A stretch of 64,000 bases of DNA from Camelus dromedarius (taxonomy: Eukaryota): contig NC_087436.1 of assembly GCF_036321535.1 (NCBI RefSeq), positions 77,254,001 through 77,318,000 of the forward strand, in the 5' to 3' direction. Both the position numbers and the translations under genes were made by a program. The notes beneath the pieces were generated by a model. That model searched no databases. It was not told the origin of the DNA and saw only the letters and a list, made by a program, of their open reading frames with translations. Below are positions 13,165 through 25,984 of the stretch, piece by piece (position 1 is the first letter of the stretch; each line of letters begins with the position of its first letter).

Positions 13165-13490
13165 CAAGTCCACAATCTGTTAACCACCAATCTAAAATCC
13201 ACAAAGTTCTGAAAAAACAGAAGATTTTTAAAGTTTGGAATAAGATGATTTGGCAATGAAATCTGACCTGACATGAAGCTATTTATAGAGTTGATGTCAT
13301 TTAGTGTTACTGCCCTTTTAGTTCATCACAGAAAAATGAATGTGTCAGGCTAATGGATGCTGTCCTAGGCTTACCTGGGAATGCTGGTTAATATTTGAAT
13401 ATTCACTTTATTATCCTACCAAAATCCATGTACTCTGAATTCTAAAACAATTCTAGCTCCAAAGATTTCAGATAAAAGATTATGAACCTG
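13165..13490 (+). mobile_element. Tigger-family non-autonomous DNA transposon (MER46C-like)
   Basis: Imperfect terminal inverted repeats caagtccacaatctgtta ... taaaagattatgaacctg. Internal atttggcaatgaaatctgacctgacatgaagctatttatag matches MER46C. Confidence 0.8.
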
Positions 13491-13519
13491 TGTACATACA
13501 ACGAAGTAGTAATTACGGT

Positions 13520-13935
13520 GAAGTGAGCTATAGAAGAAAACAAATCTTAGTGGTTGAATATAATAACTTATTGCTCTCTCACTTCATGATCAGTTCCTTG
13601 TCCATGATAAACTTACATTAGGGCTTTTCCTGTTTCTTGCATTAGTTCAGAAACCTATATTGATAGGCATGCTCTATTATCTTCATTATATAGCTTCTGA
13701 AAATGCCCTGGATATTGAGAATTAGCTCAGGGAAGAGAGAGAGGGGAATCATGCAGAAGATTATGAGCCAGTCCTGAAAGTGTAGTTTAGAGTTCTCTGT
13801 CTCAGTTCTTGTGCCCGAGACTCAGTAATATGGCCATACCTACCTGGGATGACAGGGAAATGCAGTCTAGCTGAGTGCCAGGAGAAGATGAAGTGTGATT
13901 GGTGAGATCCCAGGTGGTCCAGGTATCTGCCGCAT
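13520..13935 (-). mobile_element. Old MaLR LTR (MLT1J/K-like)
   Basis: caaatcttagtggttgaatataataacttattgctctctcac and gactcagtaatatggccatacctacctgggatgacagggaaatgcagtctagctg. Confidence 0.65.
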
Positions 13936-13999
13936 TTTCATATGTATACATTATATATACATGTGTGTATGTATATATCTTATTCCCAAAACAAAATAT

Positions 14000-15235
14000 T
14001 CATTCACAGAAAAATTATTTTTTAATTAAGGCCATTAGTGATCTTTAGTAAATGAATGACGTTTAGATTTCCAAAAAAGAATTGAGGAAACTCTGAAAAA
14101 GAATAAAGGTGTGGATAACCAGTTTTACCACATAATAACATATATTAAAAAGCCATCATTACTAAGACAATATGGTACTAGAGTGTGAAAATATAGAATG
14201 CTCAACTGTGCTAGTAATCAGGGAAATGAAAATTTAAAGAGTTACATTTCACACACACAAAATTGGCAAGAAGTAAAAAAAACAATCTTTTCAAATGCAG
14301 GTAAGGATGTGAAGAAGGAGGAAACCATGTTCAGAGATGGCAAAAGCGTGCATTGTTAAATTCCCTTCAGAGAGCAATTTGGCAATATCTGGTAAAAAGA
14401 AAGATGTATAAAATCGTTAACCTAGTAGATACATATATATATATCTAAGAGAAACTGCCAATCATATATATAAGAAAATAATTACAAGTAAGTGCATTAT
14501 AGCATTTATTAGACTAGCAAAATCACCTAAATGTTCATTAACACGAGAACACATTGTGATCTCTTTATGGAATGGGATATTGTACAGCTGTCAATGTGAA
14601 AAACTAGCTGTATTCTGTACATTATCCTGGAATCATCTTAAAAACATCACGTTAAGTTAAAAGAAAAAAATGTGTTTCAGAATAACACGTGCAGGAGTGA
14701 CCCTCCCTCAGTTATTGACAAGCTCTGTTCCTTCCTATGCCTCAGTTTCCTTGTCTGCCTGTTGAATTAGTAGCAAAATGAAGTCAATAAATGGGTGTGG
14801 GGATTAAAGGAACTAACACAAGCAAACAGCTTGGAACTCTATTTGGAGCACAGTAAATTCTCAACAAATATTATCATTAAAAATAATTATGTAAAGTTTA
14901 AAAGCATACAGAATAATTAATAAATTTGTATGGATACACTCATGTTCTAACATATAAAAGCTACATGGGGATAATATACACCAAATATTGGAAAGTGGTT
15001 ACATTGTGCAAGGTGGGAGGAGGTTGGAAACGAAAGAGCAGAGAAGAACAGAATTGAAGAATAGGCTTTTATGTACTGTTTTATTTCTTCAAAATTTTTG
15101 ATGCCAGTGTGGGAGAATGTAAAGATTTGAGTAAGCTGTTTAGCTGGATGTTGGCTAAGAGGTATTCATTATGTAAATATGTTATGTTAATCTCCTTTGT
15201 AATTTTCTTTATATTTGAAATATTTCATAGTCATA
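14000..15235 (+). mobile_element. Old L1 (L1ME-like) ORF2 end and 3' UTR fragments, with a MIR fragment at about 14700-14890
   Basis: aaagccatcattactaagacaatatggtactag, gagagcaatttggcaatatct and tatatttgaaatatttcata. The MIR core ctatgcctcagtttccttgtctg lies inside. Confidence 0.6.
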
Positions 15236-15399
15236 AATGGAAACATGAAACATAGATTATAATATTTTGGGGAAAGTTTTAAATGAGTGAATTTATTATG
15301 TCTAGTAAAATGTTTATAAGGAAATGAACAAAAAATGCAGCCAAAAGGTCAAATACAAAGAGCAAACCTTGGGGTGGCAGCTCACAATTTTTTTCCTCT

Positions 15400-15745
15400 T
15401 GGAAAGGAACCCAGATCCAGATGAAGGCCTCCAGAGGCCACAGAGTCCCTGTCTTCTGCTAGGCATCTGGATGACTGATTCATGTTGGACCAGTAGGATG
15501 CTCTCTGTTGGGAAGTGACGTTAGGAGTGCTGAACTACACATCCAAGAACTCACTGAGGCTAAGAGAGATGGTCCATGAACTCCTACTGCTGAGCTCTCT
15601 GAGCTGCCTGTGTAGCTACTCTTGTGTTCTGAACATTCAATCCTGCCTTTGAATCTGGAAGATACTGCAGGGATCATTCCAGTAAAACTTCTATTTGGCT
15701 TAAATTAGAGTCCAGTTCTTGACTTACAGCAAGGGAACCTACCAT
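15400..15745 (+). mobile_element. Old ERVL/MaLR-type LTR fragment
   Basis: The 3' part, ccagtaaaacttctatttggcttaaattagagtccagttcttgacttacagcaagggaacct, resembles the 3' terminus of ERVL/MaLR LTRs. Confidence 0.45.
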
Positions 15746-15892
15746 CTTAAAATTAGTAAAGTTTATCTCTATTACGGAGAGGATAATCATTTAGCAGAAT
15801 CCTTTTATGGGAACAGATTATCTCCAATTTCATCCGGAAGAAACCTCCAGAAGCACTAATAGAGTTAGAATCTTTTTTTTTCTTCAGTTTTC

Positions 15893-18278
15893 TTTTTTTT
15901 TTTTAACATTTTTTATTGATTTATAATCATTTTACAATGTTGTGTCAAATTCCAGTGTTCAGCACAATTTTTCAGTTATTCATGGACATATACACACTCA
16001 TTGTCACATTTTTTTCTCTGTGAGTTATCATAACATTTTGTGTATATTTCCCTGTGCTATACAGTGTAGTCTATTCTACAATTTTGAAATCCCAGTCTAT
16101 CCCTTCCCACCCTCCACCCCCCTGGTAACCACAAGTCTGTATTCTCTGTCTGTGAGTCTATTTCTGTCCTTTATTTACGCTTTGTTTTTGTTTGTTTGTT
16201 TGTTTTTGTTTTTGTTTTTTAGATTCCACATATGAGCGATCTCATATGGTATTTTTCTTTCTCTTTCTGGCTTACTTCACTTAGAATGACATTCTCCAGG
16301 AGCATCCATGTTGCTGCAAATGGCATTATGTTCTCAGTTTTTATGGCTGAGTAGTATTCCATTGTATAAATATACCACATCTTCTTTATCCAGTCACCTG
16401 TTGATGGACATTTAGGCTGTTTCCATGTTTTGGCTATTGTAAATAGTGCTGCTATGAACATTGGGGTGCAGGTGTCATCCTGAAGTAGATTTCCTTCTGG
16501 ATACAAGCCCAGGAGTGGGATTCCTGGGTCATATGGTAAGTCTATTCCTAGTCTTTTGAGGACTCTCCACACTGTTTTCCATAGTGGCTGCACCAAACTG
16601 CATTCCCACCAGCAGTGTAGGAGGGTTCCCCTTTCTCCACAGCCTCTCCAGCATTTGTCATTTGTGGATTTTTGAATGACGGCCATTCTGACTGGTGTGA
16701 GGTGATACCTCATTGTAGTTTTGATTTGCATTTCTCTGATAATTAGTGATATTGAGCATTTTTTCATGTGCTTTTTGATCATTTGTATGTCTTCCTTGGA
16801 GAATTGCTTGTTTAGGTCTTCTGCCCATTTTTGGATTGGGTTGTTTATTTTTTTCTTATTGAGTCGTATGAGCTGCTTATGTATTCTGGAGATCAAGCCT
16901 TTGTCGGTTTCACTTGCAAAAATTTTCTCCCATTCCGTAGGTTTTCTTCTTGTTTTATTTCTGGTTTCCTTTGCTGTGCAGAAGCTTGTAAGTTTCATTA
17001 GGTCCCATTTGTTTATTCTTGCTTTTATTTCTTCTAGGAGAAAATTTTTGAAATGTATGTCAGATAATGTTTTGCCTATGTTTTCCTCTAGGAGGTTTAT
17101 TGTATCTTGTCTTATGTTTAAGTCTTTGATCCATTTTTTGAGTTGATTTTTGTATATGGTGTAAGGGAGTGTTCTAGCTTCATTGTTTTACATGCTGCTG
17201 TCCAGTTTTCCCAACACCATTTGCTGAAGAGACTGTCTTTATTCCAATGTATATTCTTGCCTCCTTTGTCAAAGATGAGTTGACCAAAAGTTTGTAGGTT
17301 CATTTCTGGGCTCTCTATTCTGTTCCATTGGTCTATATGTCTGTTTTTGTACCAATACCATGCTGTCTTGATGACTGTAGCTCTATAGTATTGTCTGAAG
17401 TCTAGGAGAGTTATTCCTCCAGCCTCTTTCTTTCTCTTCAGTAATGCTTTGGCAATTCTAGGTCTTTGATGGTTCCATATGACTTTTATTATGATTTTTT
17501 CTAGTTCTGTGAAATATGTCCTGGGTAATTGGATAGGGATTGCATTAAATCTGTAGATTGCCTTGGGCAGTGTGACCATTTTAACAATATTGATTCTTCC
17601 AATCCAAGAGTATGGAATATCTTTCCATTTTATAAACTCTTCTTTAATTTCCTTCATCAGTGGTTTATAGTTTTCTGTGTATAATTCTTTCACCTCCTTG
17701 GTTAGATTTATTCCCAGATATTTTATTACTTTGGGTGCTATTTTAAAGGGGATTGTTTCTTTACTTTCTTCTTCTGTTGATTTATCGTTAGTGTAAAGAA
17801 ATGCAACTGATTTTTGAACGTTAATTTTGTAACCTGCTACCTTGCTGAATTCTTCAATCAGCTCTAGTAGCTTTTGTGTGGACCTTTTAGGGTTTTCTAT
17901 ATATAGTAACATGTCATCAGCATATAATGACACTTTTACCTCTTCTTTTCCAATTTGGATCCCTTTTATTTCTTTCTCTTGCCTGACTGCTGTGGCTAGG
18001 ACTTCCAGGACTATGTTGAATAGGAGTGGTGATAGTGGTCATCCTTGTCTTGTCCCAGATTTTAGTGGGAAGCTTTTGAGTTTTTCACCGTTGAGTACTA
18101 TGCTGGCTGTAGGTTTGTCATATATAGCTTTTATTATGTTGAGATATGTTCCCTCTATACCTACTTTGGCGAGAGTTTTTATCATAAATGGGTGTTGAAT
18201 TTTATCAAATGCTTTTTCTGCATCGATTGAGATGATCATGTGGTTTTTGTCCTTTCTCTTGTTGATGTGATGTATTAT
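15893..18278 (-). mobile_element. Young 5'-truncated LINE-1 (about 2.4 kb, camelid-type) with ORF2 RT and C-terminal domains, 3' UTR and poly(A)
   Basis: ORFs 18039-18239 ([17 protein letters not shown]...GTRQG), 17118-17933 (YADD RT motif) and 16219-16998 ([18 protein letters not shown]ys-rich domain, ending SLICGI*). Only two lesions are visible: TGC>TGA at 18039-18041 and a +2 homopolymer frameshift at 17134-17139. The T12 tail is at 15893-15904. Confidence 0.97.
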
Positions 18279-19769
18279 GGACTCATGCTCTGTGTGAATC
18301 TAAGAAAGCTATTACTTCCTCTAAATCCCGTTCTGTGTACTTACTTGGCACACGGCAATTCAAAGGTTAATTGCTACAAACTTTGGAGAGATGCAATGCG
18401 AAATGCAGTGGGTTCAGTAAAATATAAAATAAACGGATGTTTTGATTGTGGTGATATACATAAGGGCTTCTATTTTTAAGTGTTTTATGTTGATGAAATT
18501 ATAAATCTGCTCCTCTCTACAACTAAGGAAACATCCAGAGATTGTTTTGGATTTGGATATGTGCAATTGAAAGCCAAGTATATTCATGAGACTATTTGAC
18601 CATTGATGCAACATTGTAGTAATATTTCTTTCTTCAAATTCATAAATTTGAAGAAAAAAACTTCTGGCTACTTAATGTTAACAAACACAACAGCTTTCAT
18701 AATATGAACAATGAAACAAAACAGTGGGAAAAGGAAAATTCTTGATACATGAAATATGTCATTGGAAATGAATGAATTAAATAGCTCTTCTGTCAAAAAA
18801 TAATTTTACTTTCTGAAATTAAATCATATAGAAGTTTCAACCAAAAATCAGCTGTCAGGGAAGACGCTGACTGTACTGTAATAAATAACAGAGCTGACCT
18901 TCAGAACAGTAAGAGGAAGATAACTCTTTAAAATTTGTGAACATTTTTGCTCAACCTAATTTGCAAAACGTGATGATGAATTTGGCAGAAAGTTGTAAAA
19001 CCTAACAGTTTCTAATTTAATGTTTATGCTATTTGGAGAAAATTGTTATATTGTATTCAAAAGCTCTTTTGATTTTTCAATTGAGTATAATTTAGTACTT
19101 TAAGAGGTTGGTAGATACGCTCTCAGCAAGGTTTGGATCACAAACAGAAATTTAGCAATCATGTTGATTTCTCTTTTCCTCCTTAACCTCAGTATGTGGC
19201 GAATTAAGTGCTCTTGACAACCAAGCTTTTGAAGCAGTATTTTGTCTCTTTAGATGCTGTAAGTGAAAGGGAAACAGTGGGACCTTCCCATTTCTTTTTC
19301 CCCACTCCTGAGTCCCGGGAAAGGTATATTTTACAGCTGGATCATCCCAGGGTAGTGTTCCTTTAGATGAGAAATACAGTGCAGTGTTGGCAGGTGCTCT
19401 TCTTTGGACCATTTCTGCGTGTCTGACCATTGCTGGTCTCTGTGTTTACTCATCCTAGACAGAGAGACTCAAGGGGAGGGGCCAGATCTGAACCAACGTC
19501 TTCATTAAACTCAAGATAGCAAGAATACCTGCCTCCTTTGGCGTAGGGGCCAAATAAATTTATACTCCGCTTTAGTTCTTGAGAGATGGAGGAAAAGTCT
19601 CAGGTGGCTCAGTTTTCTGTCACTCTTTTTTTAGAACTCTCTACTCCTCTTCATATTTGACCAATATAGATATAACCAATATAGAACCCTTGCAATGTTA
19701 ACAAATTACAGTGATAATTAGGATACTTGTCTTTTACTGGATACTCACTTTTTGTTGGCACTTAAAACT

Positions 19770-20310
19770 TGTCAAGTTTATTAGCATAAACTTATTCATA
19801 ATATTCCTTACATTTTAACATCTGTAAGATTTATAGTGATATCCACTCATATTCTTGATATTGGCGATTTGTGTCTTGTCTCTTTTCCTGAGATGTCTGG
19901 CCTGTGGTTTATCAGTTTTACTGGTCTTCTTACAGAACCAGTTATCTGCTTCATTGATTTTGTGTTGTTTCTGTCACTGATGTCTGCCTTTTTGATTATT
20001 TTGTTTCTTCTGCTTACTTTGGATTTAATTTGTTCTTTTTCTAATTTCCTAAGATGAAAGTTTAGGTCATTGACTTGAGACCGTATTCTTTTCCAACATA
20101 GGTATTTTAGTGCTATAAATAGCCCTCTAAGTACCACGTTAACTCCAGCAGGCTTTTTGATAGGTCATGTTTTCATTTGCATGCAATTCATTTTATATGC
20201 AGTACAAATTATTTTCTGATTTTCCTTTGGATTTCTGTTTGACCCATGAGTTATCTAAATTTTATTGTTTATTTTCCAAATAATTGGGTATTTTCCAAGA
20301 TTAATTTATT
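19770..20310 (-). mobile_element. Old L1 ORF2 fragment (region after the endonuclease domain)
   Basis: ORF 19847-20137, VLRGLFIAL...RSQVNDLNFHLRKLEKEQIKSKVSRRNKIIK, resembles L1 ORF2 VLRGKFIALNAYI...SQINNL..HLKELEKEEQ. Confidence 0.85.
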
Positions 20311-22389
20311 AACTTTTAGTACCTGTTCCTCTTCTTCCTTTACTGTCATGGTATTATCATTTGAGATCAGCAGGCTGAACAGGTATATCACTGTTGTAAC
20401 TGATGTTCTTTCATCCTAGTGTTGTGTTCGCTGAGGAGGCTAGAGGTTTTTTGTTTTGTTTGTTAATTTTCTGTTGTCTAAATTACTTCTGTGTCCTCTG
20501 GGGTAAATCATTTTGTATGTATTTCCTGTCTATCATATTGCAAGATTTTTCTCAAATTTTTAGTGCTCCTTGATTCTTCATTCATATTTAAGAAAAGGGC
20601 AACATAAAAGCTAGCCTATGAGCTCTGATAGATTTTACATGAACCTATGATTGGCCAGGGAGCTTACTGTTTGGCAGGAGCCCTCTTAAATATGGAGGCT
20701 GTTTTGTGGTATCAAGTGCCTGTTCTGATTCCCCCCAGGCACTTTGTTCGGTATCTTTAACTATTAATCTTCAGTCCTTTGTCTGGGTGTTTGAGGGGCA
20801 TGCCTGTCTAGTTACTGATATCTGTTCATGCAGGTGGAGTGTATTTTGATTGATCTTATTTCTAGCCCTAGTTCTCACTCTTTGACTCTTATGTAACTGG
20901 AATTTCCGACCTCGGAGCTTCTCCAGGACTTAGCTGATAAATTGGTTTCCTGCTTGGATGCTGTTGTCTCCCTCCTCCCTCCTTCCTGCCATCCATCCTT
21001 CCTTTCTTCCTTCATGAATAAGCCCAACTATTTCCTATTCTATTTTATTTATAATGGTAGATTTATTTTAATCCTCGACAATTACAGAACTTTATTTTTT
21101 AAAATAGAATTATGTCATTGTATCCTTACTGCCTAGGATTTTTGATAGGAGCATCATATGCTCATATATATGTGCAATTTATATGCACATGTATAAAGTC
21201 TTCTGTTCATTATGAATATAATTTTTGGTAAAGTAGATTTTCCTATATTTTAAAGATTTCTAGGAATAAAAGGAAATGTAATATATGTGGCAAATGATTT
21301 AGAAACACTTTGGACATTATGTTTTGGCGGGGGCTTGTTTAACATTTTATATATATTTGTTGCTTTGCAACAGGTGTTATCTGATAGGCCAGAGCTAAGA
21401 TGACTTTTTAATTAAATGCTTTCTACCTTATTGTATTGGGGTTAAAAGTAATCAAATAAAATGACATCTCAATTATTTGAGAACTAATATGCTGAAATGA
21501 ATATAAAATTCAACAAAGTGCTGTTGTTCTGAAGACCTAAAAGACAAGGTGTCATTTGAAAGGAAGCTGCATACCAATTTGGCATCTGTAGTCAGGTTTG
21601 AAATAGTTATTAAGTTATATAGCAAGGACAGTGCACATATTTTCTTGTGGGCTTTCTGAGGCAGTGGCATTCTCCCAGATTCTTGGGAAAATATTTGGGG
21701 AGAAGAGACATCCAGCTCCAAAATATTTTCTCCTTTGGGGGAAGTGAAGTTGGCAGGGCATAGAATACATAGCACTCTACATCTGGCCCACGGTGAGGGC
21801 TCTCGTCACACTTACCAGATTTTGTGTGACTCACCTGAAGGAAACAGAATTAAGAAGGCAAAAGATCTCATTTTCTATTTTTATCTTTTGGAGTCTGGGA
21901 GGCAGAAAGGGCTTGTGGAGGGAGGACCGGGGGAAGGAAGGAGGGAGGGAGAAGAGAAGGACAGATACATTTGACACCAATATCATCATGAACCATAGCA
22001 TCTTAGAAATAAAAAGAGCATAGTGCATTTGTTCAGTCTCTTTTCTGATATAGATATCCCTTTTCAACTTCTCTGATAGACTAGTTTAAATACTGTCACT
22101 GGTAGGTAGCCCATTTTTCTGTAGGTTGTCATTTCCATTTCACAGAGTCTAACATTTAGTGCTGGGGAAAATGTGCCTTCTTTTAGTTCCTTGTCTTCTG
22201 GAACAGTATAAAATAATGCTGCTGCCATACTGATTTTTGAAGATAGCTTTGGTTTTTTTTTTCTTTTAAATTTTATGAAGCTTTTAAGTTAATTTTTTTT
22301 ATTCTTTCAGTCACTCTTTATTTAAAAACCTTCAGTATTCTGATTGATTTCTTCTTGATACTCCTTAATTTCCAATGTCCCTTAAACTT

Positions 22390-23070
22390 CTTAAAATTGA
22401 AAATATCACATACATATAAAAGTATATAGTTTATAAATTTGCAGCTCCATAAATTACTATAAAATGAACAAATTCTTCAATTGATGCCCAGAATGAGAAA
22501 ATGAACATTACATAAGCCCCCTCTATGCCCATTTACTCACTACTCTCCTCCTCCCAAATATAATAATATTCTCATTTCTAACACCATTGAACAGTTTTGT
22601 CAGTTTTCAAATTTTGCATGCTAGAATCAGATTGTCTGGGTTCTTTCACTCAGTGTTTCATTTGTGAGAGTCATCATGTCATGTGTAGTTGTGGTAGATA
22701 CTGTTTCATTTCTGCGGTTTTCCACTGTATGACAACACTATTTATGTGCAATCCTGAACATATTATAATTATATACAACAACATAATTTGCTGATTAGAT
22801 GTGCTGGAAATATCTTCTCCCACTCTATACCTTGGCTTTTTGCTTTCTTAATGGAAGTTCCTAATTTTAATGTAGTAGGCCAATTTATGAATCTTTCCCT
22901 TTATGGCTAGAGCTTTTTTTTTTATCCTATTTAAGATATCTATGCTATTACAAGATCATAAATGTACTTCTATATTATCTGCTGTAAGTTGTATTGTTTA
23001 ATATTTTCATTAGATGTATATTTTAACTGCAACTACTTTTTTGAATACGGTGTGAAGTAGAGGTCAAGTT
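22390..23070 (-). mobile_element. Old L1 (L1ME/MD-like) 3' region
   Basis: ttctcatttctaacaccattgaacagttttgtcagttttcaaattttg and gctggaaatatcttctcccactct...tttttgaatacggtgtgaagtagaggtcaag. Confidence 0.7.
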
Positions 23071-23478
23071 CCATAGACCTACTGTGCATCCTAGCAAGGA
23101 TGTCAAGCAGGCATAGATATAAACATTTTGATTTCCATTTGAAGGTCTGCATTGTTAAGAGTTTTAGGGGTGTTCAGTGTGCAAATGCTGCTTCAAGTTA
23201 TGAGATTGGATGCTATTGCTAAAGAAATGAGCACAGATTGAGAAGAAGTCTGAGGACTGAGCCTAGGGGCATGCGAACATGTCATCTAAAACTGTACTCA
23301 GTACTCCACTACATGCCTGTGTAGAGAAGATTGTACTAATACAGGGCACAGTGTACTGTAGATTCCTGCCATCTGGACACTACCTCTAGTAGTGTGTCCC
23401 ATGATTGTGTTGACTTATGCCATAGTCAAGTCAGAGTATAAACTTAATTGAATATTAATGATAAGCCAGAATGTCCTA

Positions 23479-23588
23479 TTTTTTTTTTTTCATGTCAGCC
23501 AGGTAGTGTGCCAATGTTGTAACAAGGTTCAAGGGAGGCACATGTCACACAGCATGTCAATACCCAATCATCACACTCATGAACTACA
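23479..23588 (-). pseudogene. SNORD13: Retroposed U13 (SNORD13) box C/D snoRNA copy with poly(A) tail and TSD
   Basis: The minus strand reads TGTAGTTCATGAGTGTGATGATTGGGTATTGACATGCTGTGTGACATGTGCCTCCCTTGAACCTTGTTACAACATTGGCACACTACCTGGCTGAC-ATG-A12, colinear with recalled U13. Box C-type TGATGA is at 23568-23573 and box D CTGA at 23495-23498. Flanking direct repeats are cagaatgtcctattt and cagaatatcctaattt. Confidence 0.92.
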
Positions 23589-25248
23589 GAATATCCTAAT
23601 TTTTTTTAATATGAATTGTTATTAACCCTAATGCTTCATTTTATGCTAATGGAATTTGTTTGCGTACAAAAGCAACAATTTATTATTTTTTTTTCTTGAG
23701 CATTTAATGAGTTTTCAAGTTATTTGGGTTACTTGTCCCAACCTATCAGGGTATTTTGGAATTCTAAATATTTAATCCGACATGGTAGCTGTCTCCCACA
23801 TATCACAAAGTCTTTCAACATTTGTAGATTTGATAAGCAAGTGACTAATAGGGAATATTGGACACTATAGGATCGTATCTTGAAAGCTTTGACTGATTCC
23901 CTAGCTAACATTGCTCCCAGTCTCAAACCTTCTGTGAGCAAAGGTGTTCAATTATATCTCACCTACTGTTATATCCAGGTCATATTTCCTTAGCTCTTCT
24001 AGGAAGGAAGTCATGAGTGAAGCCATCTTGGTTTGAATTCCCACTTTATGTAGTCTTGAGTGAGGCACCTAATGCAGGAATCTTGCCCACCTTCTTGTCA
24101 GAATAAATTACTTCCAGTGTAAATTTATTTCTCCTCTGGAAAAAGGAATACCCACAAGATGGTAGGATGCATGCCCAAATGGCACACTTGGCCTTTGGTC
24201 ACCTCCAACAATGTGAAAGTAAAAACTTTGTGTAGAGTAGCTGGCTTTCGTTCAGCCAAATTCAAGAAGAAAAAAACCCCCGAGCACACATTCATGTCAT
24301 TTGCAACATTTACCAAGTGCCTATTTTATGCAATGCACAGTTTTAGATGTTCTGAAGAGTATCAGATGATGAATTATGGATCCCTGCCATCACACCGTAT
24401 ATCAAGTCTAGAGGTCTGTCACCTATATTGCAACTCTATAATTTTCTTCATTTTCCATATAATTTGTTCTCAAATCATTTCCTGTGATTTCATTGCTTCT
24501 TTAAGACACCTCTATAAGTTGTTTGTGAGGTGCTTTTCCAAGTTCTTACTAGCCATGAGAATATTTGACTCTTTACAGTCAGATGCCTGACATTGATATC
24601 CCATGAGCCATCTCTGATTCTCCACTGTCTCACATGGGATTGTTGATGAGGAATAAGAACACTGAATCTTCTAGAGGTTAAGCCATGTAGTTTGTGGCCA
24701 GTGGGGTCTGGAAAATAAATGCCCTCATCTCCAGTCTATTCTTTTTTTAACTAGGTCACAGAGTGTGACTTCAAAATTGCACAGGTATTGTATTTAAGGA
24801 CCTCTGTTAACAATGAGTACAGACCCCAAAGTCTCTTAGGTGCACCTTGTGACTGCGTTGTTATGAGTTTCATGTAAAGCGAGGTACTGCCACTCCTGAT
24901 CTTGCAGGCTACTACTGTTACACTCCCAGGAAATCTTTGAGGCCTGAAACTTGTGTTTAGGTTACAAGGGATCATTTATTCGTGAAACATTTGCAGAAGT
25001 GTTTTTATAAGACATGTGACCAAATCATAATATATGCCTTTAGCAAGGAAGGAATAAAGGTTGTTGATTATCAGTAGGAAACTTGGATGTTATACATTTA
25101 AAATTGGGATATAAAGCAAAACAAAAAGCTACAGATTACCAGATCTCAAAGGGAAAAATTAGTAAGCCATGAATAATAAACAGAGGAAATATTTTTAAAA
25201 GGTAAAGTATCAGAATACCTCTGAGATCAGTTTAACATATATAATCTG

Positions 25249-25250
<2 letters not shown>

Positions 25251-25280
<30 letters not shown>
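25251..25280. repeat. (GT)15 perfect microsatellite
   Basis: Read directly from the sequence. Confidence 0.98.
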
Positions 25281-25283
<3 letters not shown>

Positions 25284-25984
25284 GCAGATTACCTAAATTC
25301 GAACTGACCTTGGCCACTGTATAGGGGTAATATTTTTGAAAGAATGAGTTGTACTAAAACAGTTTCTGCAATATATTAGGCACCAATATGCTTTCCTTCC
25401 ACGTTAGGCATGCAGAACTTTTTCCCACCTGTTTATTTTTCCTTAAACAAACATATTATCTGATATAACTAGTCCAAAGAAAATTTTCTCTTCCTCTATG
25501 TGAATGAACTCCCCTCTTACCCTTTTGCAAAATCCTGGAGTTCTGATGTAGTTCAGGATCTTATATCACATCCATGTCACTTTTTGGAATCACTTCAATG
25601 GTATAGTGACTTGAATTATTTTCAAGCATTTAATCAGCTTCTGTTTAAGTCGGTTTTCTCCTTTGACAGTGTAAATTTATTTTCCAAATGCAAATGTATG
25701 ATAATATAGACTGAACTCCCTGTGCTGTTATGAGCTTTAAAACAAAAAACAAGCTTTGTCTTAAAGTCGCAAAAAGTGGCAAAATTTAGAATGTTTCATC
25801 GTCTGTCCCATAGCTCTCATGACAGTTATTTCATAGTGTCATTGTTTATTTTCTTTTCATCATTGAAAAATTAAGATATTTTATTCATGGGAATGGACAG
25901 TTCCTAAAAGAATGGTTCTGGGTGTCTAAAATATAAGGAAGAAATTTTTAAATAAATGGATTTAGACTTATTCTGTGATTAAAA

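Noticed and set aside
14286..14306. Second AG|GTAAG recursive-splice-like motif (tcttttcaaatgcag|gtaagg)
   Set aside because: The pyrimidine tract is weak and interrupted, and the motif lies inside an old L1 relic.
16219..18239. Long ORFs (259, 271 and 66 aa) with a reverse transcriptase YADD motif, as a possible novel RT system or gene
   Set aside because: They are consecutive pieces of ordinary LINE-1 ORF2 in a 5'-truncated copy, broken by a stop and a frameshift. The overlapping + strand ORFs (16721-17146, 17842-18198) are antisense shadows.
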